A stretch of DNA of 40,133 nt, taken from NCBI GenBank assembly GCA_032718475.1, contig JAUCBJ010007313.1:1-40133 (forward strand). The letters run 5' to 3'. Positions 37,901-40,133 of this stretch are shown piece after piece. The first letter of the stretch is position 1, and each line of letters begins with the position of its first letter. Source of the DNA: Nemertoderma westbladi. Its lineage: Eukaryota > Animalia > Xenacoelomorpha. A model generated the notes under the pieces. That model did not search any database. It saw only the letters and a program-made list of their open reading frames with translations, and had not been told where the DNA came from. The translations under genes and the position numbers were made by a program.

Positions 37901-38786
37901 AAATGAAAATTATAGATTAATCGGCTTACATATTATTATGAAAAAAACCGATAACTCGACACTATTTTTGACTCGCCTTGGGTGTAACTCGAACATTTAT
38001 CTCCACTGGCGACGTGTTCGCAGCGTCTGTTACCGTCCCGGTCAACCCGAAGAATTGCTCTGCAAGATCGTAATCAAACGGCGCTTTGGTTACCAGTTGA
38101 ACCTTACCGCTACCGTCTAGGGATAGCGACGCGGGGAAATACTAAATGAAATAAATACAAATATAATTAAGTTTCTGGAAATCTTCCAGATTTATAAAAT
38201 TTATTCTAAATAAATATATTTTATTATTTTAATGCCAATAATTAACATAACAAAATGTTATTAAAAAATTATTAAGTAATTTAAACAGGACTTAGGATGA
38301 TCCAACTCTATAGCAAATTGAGCGGAAAAAAATGAATTCGCCACCAGCGGGGATCGAACCCGCGTCTCCCGATAAACGTTCAGGTATGCTAAAAAATTAA
38401 ATTATTAGACGTAAATATAAAAATAGTAAAAATTAAAGTAAGTAAAATAAAAGTTAGTAAATTAATAGTAGAAAAATAATACAACAAAAACTGTTTGAAT
38501 TTCCCGCCTACATGTTAAATATTAGCAGTAGATAAATAATTTCAAACTATATATATAAGCTTAGATTATTTTTATTTAGAAAATAAATAAAAAATTCATT
38601 AATACTGAAGTTAGTCGTTGTAGATATAGTATAATAAACCGCATTATTATTGAAGGGACCACTAACGGTAGATTCTGTACCAACGAGGTTGAGACTGACG
38701 GTTAATGTTGCCACAGTGACGTCATCATCAGTGCATACCATATTGAGAGGGTAAGTGGCGGCAGCCGCTCCGTCGTCAATAGCAAT
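1797..38786 (-). CDS. Large cadherin-repeat protein gene (Fat/Dachsous/protocadherin-like), internal part, 18 exons, about 1147 aa
   Basis: Exons join in consistent phase with AG acceptors and GT (one GC) donors; nine EC linkers (PKDEFPP, DLNNHEP, PENDNVP, DVNDNRP, DINDNQP, DINDNAP, DCNDNAP, DINDNTP, DQNDNCP) plus LDRE/DYE and AxDxD motifs; no signal peptide or TM segment in window. Confidence 0.92.
2084..3252 (+). repeat. 5' LTR (1169 bp)
   Basis: TGTAAAAGC...GCGCGAACA; by eye differs from the 3' LTR by about 4 substitutions and one C in a poly-C run. Confidence 0.97.
3253..3264 (+). promoter_or_regulatory. Non-canonical primer-binding site, complementary to the element's own LTR
   Basis: ATAACGGATATA abuts the LTR end, has no TGG, and is the exact reverse complement of TATATCCGTTAT at 2500-2511 and 18677-18688. 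Confidence 0.65.
3541..4115 (+). repeat. Tandem duplication of about 289 bp in the element 5' leader
   Basis: Copies start at about 3541 and 3830 and share a long near-identical core (TAGGTCTGAACGGATTGCAGCG...TTTCGGAGTCTGCAT). Confidence 0.9.
5045..5295 (+). repeat. Degenerate duplication of about 115 bp with TATACCGGTA motifs, upstream of gag
   Basis: TATACCGGTATTCCCRATAGGCCTATTAT at 5051 and 5168; AAATTATACCGGTA at about 5104 and 5218. Confidence 0.75.
5437..13527 (+). CDS. BEL/Pao Gag-Pol polyprotein (2696 aa)
   Basis: Gag DUF1759-like (KFNGD..W..F), three knuckles (CALCDGTHHLNRC, CYNCLRQGHQRRTC, CAKCGAKHHILLH), protease LLDSGS, RT RVVFD/GPNL/YMDD, Pao RNase H FGDASD...PRAEL...WTD...NPAD, integrase H-H-CIPC, VDLFGP, SDKGTNF, WERLIRSVK; order PR-RT-RH-IN. 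Confidence 0.97.
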   Translation: MSDTKQNLSDSLLDVTICDSDRGVEPSGRKFSSPPTVRKVIPPVVITEPRLVQHRRFIIGTRAQVKRDQEAAEQQQPARQELISQRPNSSSSDDTVELTPERGAKMTDAVYSDPLLILPAAVLTRLLIAVEEHQIDWARSQRSTRDSYAGYTREELKSIVESQWNFPGPGLPFDLSEAAWEDIHRMGVAKETIDPAVWKRSAAGYAQGFFSSMERVEKQLLQQPQGPQEQGQLLYQVRERILRIRLILSAFEEASKRRQDTSLQVAIKTWFQRVSRQVQGTAQWKAQLEERSTHGESTDATYSQVESEATAEKPHKRDAIDIYLSDYQRFLGNDELRRRLEGLSPNSEGTKLVLDAIDVEMRAANQAKFDEQLRLTRVQEEQVKKKRIEDRKKAAVVAAEAERKAAAAEAAAEEKAAAAAVAAAAEAKAAEAERKAAEAVAEAERRATEETTQLELENIQENQDCINKQLTASNMQMMNRSTPKRQRYTSSEEGDTTDTEGKGNRSRLSRRKRTFHRQKLPDLPPAVRRQLNNTNLGSTEPTDQIIKIERLPTIVDEPEIIRPVLEITPSVIDTPVLPETTSKFPLHSTKLPVPRRTAQGTVQVLDPERNIHNLSPVVPRPPATTLATPASAVEWVDEGRRGMDILLGQMQETVQQFKGTVRESRLELQEVQQSIALERDKLVNTQKGIPPPSVTMCQPVRSEVSHAQGVEPTRIYTASEVETPIVNPIKGNYRPVDNDIPYRTDHNPRNVYTDNSILNNTMAQESFTRQMARTEARQAVKVGEIVKFNGDEMKWLPFNEYYKDNIQNSVLSNGEKLRYLIECLEGSPKLMALKFIGHPDGLRQVWDTLNIRYGNRNNIAKYLYAKLVAPRKFISSGIIEFSDEIQEICRQLDWLGKSHEYQSSMVIGAVASTLPKGGVGTRWDKKVLYMMEQQRRDPTMTDLMSFLDGEVKLQLLKQSREKTPENKVSEKPVSRRKVTPVCYTDDGESQTSQGEDSGKDTDRSYYVNKMPKDQVSKFKSRANDRREPIRKTPPTSPKRIQVRKPEEKASVHNVTQNKVSNIKPKCALCDGTHHLNRCDEFLKKSLTERREVMWDKRLCYNCLRQGHQRRTCFSDIRCAKCGAKHHILLHTEFDRNSPNQVSDSELHVQFSDVNDTDQSEMEGFYTDEFSYENESCYMINTAVYRALTYEKDTDNDFTLTTSERQPSWKEPSSNVGIREFPVVQVRVHGPKRSYVVNALLDSGSTGTFIDKELAEDIFAGQPKFQTKLNMSGIMQVWKSTITADYYVGALSTPQDELGEHSIRSVKMVAIKNFATTQADLYNWDEDESIQHLNIPRFQTDYPGVQILIGQNAHEALETLEKRPAQPQPLQTYAVRTRVGWYFTGPSRRTLRERLPPDSVCQVSEWEDDTSEGDNLTEGTPYSSDNDDVHQLFDEENTIDLLKENEAWQNQVNLCQLLYPSEREAYNDELNDVIERHNAKTRDEHAVRFFTQEAVEPNSYDKALSVEEERAKQIQETTTRFLKDQGRYEVGLPFRKKEPKFINNRPLAEKRIAQLHRRLTANSSAKAMYQTQLEKFISKGYAERVPEETPVTERTYYLTHHYVPKPGKTHEVRVVFDGSALYMGQSLNSELLPGPNLLQSLLGILLRLRQYSIAFASDIEGMFLQVKVLDKDRDSLRFLWWPKGDLNQKPVEYWMTIQAFGIISSPSNACSVVRTTAEDNREAFSKEVIDNIKRDIYMDDNLKSLPSVEEAIEVAKGTVECLKRGGFRLTKFTSNSREFLESIPAEDRGAKDLDLIKDDLPETKTLGLKWDTERDILFFQLKQRDNPVRTKRICLSILSTYFDPLGFISPVILIACSLVQQMWLENHSWDDPLKGELLKKWMEWEDSLPAIEDFIISRSYFGHVLPTYSYQLHVFGDASDMGIGIVAYLRVETPDGIKVALVTSKALINNKLKVPRAELKAALYATAIGRNVTEQIDYPLEKTVYWTDALLVLEYITNEVCQFSVFVTNRVAIILSRTTMDQWRHCPGTINPADIASRGATPKELVNTPEWLGGPDFLYREEEEWPPHLTTAEIRQAKGAEKVKPKTRASKSKLFKPAVDLSVLFTSGEDALDQKPTAMTKEVLEIRDKDWKSGIPDISQGLSPLLQRAIRHYSSWNRLCKAVTYLKRCFHHRYSGTKTNSDDAPSTSARVHVVKDLPQYKISDRFLKEKISYQEHDETNKQMLRLLQCYEDSDKYFLLLRNPQMRLRDRFSSTMIDGLIRVGGRLTNAPLSFDTKFPILIRNLDIQIKIIVDVHSKLYHAGRERVLSEIRTRYYFYKPRRALNQVLRNCIPCRKAFSRPLTQREAELPRERVSFYEPPFTNTGVDLFGPIEVYRARTIVKRWCVIFVCMTCRAIHLDMVNDLSTNSFVLSLRRQIARFGTSNTMRSDKGTNFIGANNEIQAYVKDWNKRQVDDQLRITASSWTFNAADAPWWGGSWERLIRSVKTAFHFIVPCRAYLTDELLRTLMEEIAAYLNERPLMPVSSNPDSLEALTPAHFLLKKPVAMLPRSEITDGDEYCRRTWQLMQLLSRRFADHFEKHYLSTLQLRTKWFAQQENVSSGDMVLIVDPDLPRKRWQTGRIIKTHISSDGLVRSVELVVMRRNFKKPGIVFETQQLNRPVGRLCLLERDRELSGNYGRQETLPTTTSLIQPTSRDSPT
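14040..14395 (+). repeat. Diverged tandem duplication of about 177 bp in the 3' intergenic region of the element
   Basis: AATTCTAGTCRATTAAGATATCG at 14074 and 14251, with similarity continuing downstream. Confidence 0.8.
15179..15556 (+). CDS. Putative accessory ORF A (125 aa, acidic, unknown function)
   Basis: ATG-started ORF, protein-like composition, preceded by TAGCAG; no recognised motif. Confidence 0.5.
   Translation: MTELIEDDLGIRERYTLPLQAFVDSLIRGDADPTTTEDDGRYIEPPMSQEQLTRELDYRKFTARYTHRNGTYMDFLTTGHPIDLHDTDDVDTEREMVLFKYHTQRSRNDKSRIEHENSIRNQLEG
16405..17763 (+). CDS. Accessory ORF B (452 aa) with three CCHC-type zinc knuckles
   Basis: Long non-repetitive ORF; CRLCASRDH..C, CAYCRLNNSHIFAVC, CHYCQFKGHESYNC; no obvious signal peptide or TM segment. 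Confidence 0.8.
   Translation: MENIPYPFVDTQLIAPWAEGRGFFRTMYANTPSDITKVQRTSIGHLAFQEYGWNFKVGNPINYQQVYGDHYSRLYFDGPLTAPGAVYSFMSVPLRPSLAIYTIFENAALAGWLADVCSRTIRAHPLILGTKLAKLDEHNKFIRFECFRCFLTPFRNVNSQFKDRALTKLSLRDSAAEKLSSAGFAVFQDVCIQNSHSSVIQRPRIPTGYSVVEIQTVDPLTETDAPTSSIQLEDEPVCLESEAIQPTTSWSSDNDYVIEWYQGPQRLTAYDYRHANYVSRKRCRLCASRDHFIPLDSSVPCSYFLEQPMMEIYCAYCRLNNSHIFAVCPQFMTQCHYCQFKGHESYNCPFNRDLESVDEMITLRYIRAWEANADLHCESRHRYYPGRAYEGVYAFHPYLFASIEQKTRVPSYELMKRVGECISTKFVRKYLRNVNPNDITTYHLINFIRQEA
17780..18181 (+). CDS. Putative accessory ORF C (basic, Arg/Pro/Ser-rich; no 5' ATG, frame open from 17738)
   Basis: Open in the +1 frame overlapping the end of ORF B; C-terminal KKLHKRRPRKKD resembles an NLS. Confidence 0.5.
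   Translation: MNSHPELQEISRRPYEYRTRERELERTIKPRKFLTTHGPPTVSVQTTRQGPVGAAVLRRALKAVRPHSTEVDINQPGTSTGGYTDRNPAPSDAIILHPSPRSYSPPRKVARPKEKMTLASFKKLHKRRPRKKD
18252..18259 (+). promoter_or_regulatory. Polypurine tract
   Basis: GGGAGCGG immediately before the TG of the 3' LTR. Confidence 0.8.
18260..19429 (+). repeat. 3' LTR (1170 bp)
   Basis: Direct repeat of 2084-3252, followed by TSD GATAT. Confidence 0.97.
20111..20253 (-). CDS. cadherin exon 17
   Basis: ITFKVIAKDKG...ADQNDNCPIF; ttacag acceptor, gtgagt donor; ends in phase 2, matching the next exon across the retrotransposon. Confidence 0.92.
20293..22172. repeat. Complex minisatellite with 20-24 bp subunits and irregular higher-order blocks
   Basis: GAAAAATAGAGATATAGGTAGGCC variants with a recurring CTTAAACATAAAGATATTCGTACGCCGAAAG block. 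Confidence 0.95.
22233..22355 (-). CDS. cadherin exon 16
   Basis: VEYSI...LLDYEEEKK; tttag acceptor, gttaat donor. Confidence 0.88.
22764..22991 (-). CDS. cadherin exon 15
   Basis: YNLKIQAKDKGTPP...DINDNTPDF...ATDAD; cctag acceptor, gttact donor. Confidence 0.92.
23360..23622 (-). mobile_element. Degenerate tRNA-derived SINE
   Basis: Minus strand A-box-like TGGTGTAGTGG, B box GGTTCGAGCC, and downstream AAATGAGTACTG core motif. Confidence 0.55.
23691..24153. repeat. 20-bp minisatellite, about 23 copies
   Basis: Unit TAGGCTGAGATGACTCCCCT. Confidence 0.97.
24428..24615 (-). CDS. cadherin exon 14
   Basis: IKATDLD...FAIDKTTG...LDREK; ttcag acceptor, gtaagt donor. Confidence 0.92.
25285..25450 (-). 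CDS. cadherin exon 13
   Basis: ACDRG...LTDCNDNAPIF; tttag acceptor, gtacgt donor. Confidence 0.9.
25598..25801 (-). CDS. cadherin exon 12
   Basis: FIATDKD...FFLEPNTGEL...LDRD; ttacag acceptor, gtaagt donor. Confidence 0.92.
26691..26926 (-). mobile_element. tRNA-head SINE with a Meta-domain-like core
   Basis: Head GGCGGGGTCGCTCAGTTGGTAGAGCG...GGTTCAGCCC; core CTCAGCCTTTCATCC..GGGGTCGATAAAATGAGTACCAG (resemblance to MetaSINE cores is from memory); short TTTGC tail. Confidence 0.75.
26969..27152 (-). CDS. cadherin exon 11
   Basis: YKILVKVED...DINDNAPIW; tatag acceptor, gtcagt donor. Confidence 0.92.
27786..28013 (-). CDS. cadherin exon 10
   Basis: ITLYEE...NDPD...FAVDSATG...IDRD; cgcag acceptor, gtgagt donor. 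Confidence 0.9.
28638..28825 (-). CDS. cadherin exon 9
   Basis: VNGSSGQI...LEVQASDG...DINDNQPKF; ttaag acceptor, gtaagt donor. Confidence 0.92.
29029..29266. mobile_element. Foldback/MITE-like element with a tRNA-like segment in its loop
   Basis: Imperfect inverted arms at 29029-29093 and 29182-29266; loop has minus-strand GTAGCTCAGTGG and GGTTCGAATCC. Confidence 0.7.
29498..29663 (-). CDS. cadherin exon 8
   Basis: YDGDIFE...VKAVDADSG; gtcag acceptor, gtaagt donor. Confidence 0.92.
29773..30012 (-). CDS. cadherin exon 7
   Basis: LDRE...VTDVNDNRPVF; ttcag acceptor, gtaact donor. Confidence 0.92.
30604..30952 (-). CDS. cadherin exon 6
   Basis: VDFD...YQFRVIAVDND...TPENDNVP...VPEN...KDLD; tgcag acceptor, gttagt donor. 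Confidence 0.9.
31519..31717 (-). CDS. cadherin exon 5
   Basis: DLNNHEPQF...AVTDDDDPATGNHA; ttttag acceptor, gtgagg donor. Confidence 0.9.
31727..33742 (+). pseudogene. Fragment of a non-LTR retrotransposon (CRE/RLE-type post-RT region) with frameshifts and stops
   Basis: RQPITLGGLG, LSPVAFFG, SSSWVLALP..GLS...FSEAV...L, FGD....A.LPGD....RH motifs. Confidence 0.7.
32015..33064. repeat. 34-bp minisatellite, about 31 copies, inside the LINE fragment
   Basis: Unit GACTGGGTTGTTAGACAGCCAATAACGTTAGGTG. Confidence 0.97.
33866..34063 (-). CDS. cadherin exon 4
   Basis: FRIKSGDTKGWFAI...YNLVVEATDG...ITVN; ttacag acceptor, gttagt donor. Confidence 0.9.
34188..36728. repeat. 48-bp minisatellite (about 50 units) with 24-bp precursor-like units at its left end
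   Basis: Unit ATGGACACACGCAAAGTTAATATGGGCACACTTACTGATACAGTTACT; fills most of the intron between exons 3 and 4. Confidence 0.97.
36741..36878 (-). CDS. cadherin exon 3
   Basis: DEFPPVF...VKASDGD...GTLS; tacag acceptor, gtaagt donor. Confidence 0.9.
37484..37913. repeat. 35-bp minisatellite, about 12 copies
   Basis: Unit TGAAAATTATTCGTAACATTCTATGAATGTAAAAA. Confidence 0.97.
37977..38141 (-). CDS. cadherin exon 2 (GC donor)
   Basis: YFPASLSLDGSGKVQLVTKAPFDYD...INVRVTPK; donor AAG/gcgagt. Confidence 0.85.
38335..38392 (-). mobile_element. tRNA-like/SINE head fragment
   Basis: Minus strand GCGGGTTCGATCCCCGC T-arm with B box; 5' half missing. Confidence 0.45.
38640..38786 (-). CDS. cadherin exon 1 (in window)
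   Basis: IAIDDGAAAATYPLNMVCTDDDVTVATL...NNNA; tttccag acceptor; donor gtttat is weak, so the 3' boundary is less certain. Confidence 0.7.
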
Positions 38787-39434
38787 CTGGAAATATTGTG
38801 ATTTATTTACTTATTTTACATTAAAAATGTCGAAAAATATCTATGAATATATGTTCCAGAATATTTAATTAGATAAAACAATAAACTTATTCAATGATTA
38901 CAATCTGCCTGTCTCCAATTAATTTATATATAGATATCTTATAAAAGACGATCATATTTTTAAAATTATATTACAAATTTTCCGATATATTAAAGTAACG
39001 GCGGGGCCTCAAAGTGGATACGGAATCCTATACTTCTTTATTTTGTGAACATTCTCGCTAACTTAATATTATTGAGCCAAGAGACCGATAAATAATAAAA
39101 GAGAGTATTCCATGTCCTCTTAGCGGGCTCCGTTATTCAACTGAATGTAATAAATAATAATTGAAATTATAATACAACCTTCTGAAATTTAATTGGGATA
39201 TATGAAACCCAATTTCAATTTATTATTCTGAATTCAAAATGTAATTATTACTGAAATCCAAATGAAAGATTATATTATAATTCAATTGTATTTTCTATAA
39301 TCAAAGTTATGTTTTTCTGAAATACATGTAGAAAAGGCGTAGGGAAGGTCTCTATCACTACCGGTAGTTAGAAAAAAAAGACTAGCAATCAGACAAAGAC
39401 TGTAGTAGCAATCAGATAGTTGGTTGCTTGCACA

Positions 39435-39741
39435 TTCACACATCTCCAACCAGACACTATATAACATTGGAGGTGTCTCATTGGTTCCCCCAAGCTTGAC
39501 ACTAGAACAAAATCGCCTCCGCTTTGCAGGACATTGCTTTCGCCGTGAGGACCAGCCAGTGCATAATCTTGTACTTTGGCAGCCTCATGGAGTGAATAAG
39601 CACGGTGGACAGCCCATGACTTTCTTGAGACGCATCTTAAAGGACACTGGCCTTGAAGATGCGGATGATCTAGCAAATGTCATGGGTGATAGGGAGTTGT
39701 GGCGGTGCAATTTTGTTGACAAGCCGGCACAGCATTCTTAA
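39435..39741 (+). pseudogene. 3' fragment of an RTE-clade LINE
   Basis: RLRFAGHCFR...LVLWQP...G.P.T....L.DTG....L...M.DR..WR, typical of RTE RT C-termini. Confidence 0.8.
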
Positions 39742-39810
39742 AAATGCAGCTGCAATGCAGCATGCCGATCCTAGTGCTCGCACATACAGACTCAGTTATT
39801 TTAATGTTTT

Positions 39811-39894
39811 TGTAAAAGCTTCTGTGGGATGTAACTGGCCCTTCGCCCCGCAACCCAGTTTTTCCCCCATACGCTAAAATACTCTGAAACCTAC
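39811..39894 (+). mobile_element. 5' start of a related LTR, interrupted after 84 bp
   Basis: TGTAAAAGCTTCTGTGG...CCAGTTTTTCCCCC..CGCTAAAATACTCTGAAA parallels 2084-2160. Confidence 0.75.
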
Positions 39895-40133
39895 TGTAAA
39901 GGTTTTTCTGGGATATGACTGATTTGTTTTCTTTGCTAACCAGTTCCCCCCTCCAAGGCGTTGGAATCCTTTAGGAGGGATCTGAGCTGTTCGATTGGAC
40001 AGCCGGCTTGGGAAGGTTGCCCCAGTTACCCATAGCCCTGCGTTGAGTTAGTTCTGATTTCGACCAATCCCGAGCTACTGAACTGAAATTATCCTGTCTC
40101 ACTGCTGATTACATGTGTTGAACGGGATTCTTG
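39895..40133 (+). mobile_element. 5' start of a second related LTR (runs out of the window)
   Basis: TGTAAA...TTGCTAACCAGTTCCCCCC...AGGGATCTG...GCTTGGGAA...TGATTTCGACC...CTACTGAACTGAA are colinear with 2084-2330. Confidence 0.85.

Overview
AT-rich animal (probably invertebrate) genomic DNA. A large multi-exon cadherin gene lies on the minus strand. I assembled 18 exons (38786 to 1797) into one phase-consistent frame of about 1147 aa with about 10 extracellular cadherin repeats; both gene ends lie outside the window. One intron holds an intact, young, unusually long (17,346 bp) BEL/Pao LTR retrotransposon (2084-19429, + strand) with near-identical 1.17 kb LTRs, a GATAT target-site duplication and a 2696-aa Gag-PR-RT-RH-IN ORF. 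The element has four unusual properties: (1) no tRNA-type primer-binding site, but a perfect 12-nt complement to its own LTR directly after the 5' LTR (candidate self-priming); (2) a 4.7 kb 3' accessory region with non-Env ORFs, including a triple zinc-knuckle protein, and tetraloop hairpins; (3) a tight cluster of perfect 5' splice-site motifs at the end of gag; (4) two internal copies of its polypurine tract. Related LTR ends occur at both window edges. Other introns hold six minisatellites (one built from an exon/splice-donor junction, one from LINE coding sequence), tRNA-derived SINEs, a foldback element and LINE fragments. All calls are by eye, with no database searches.
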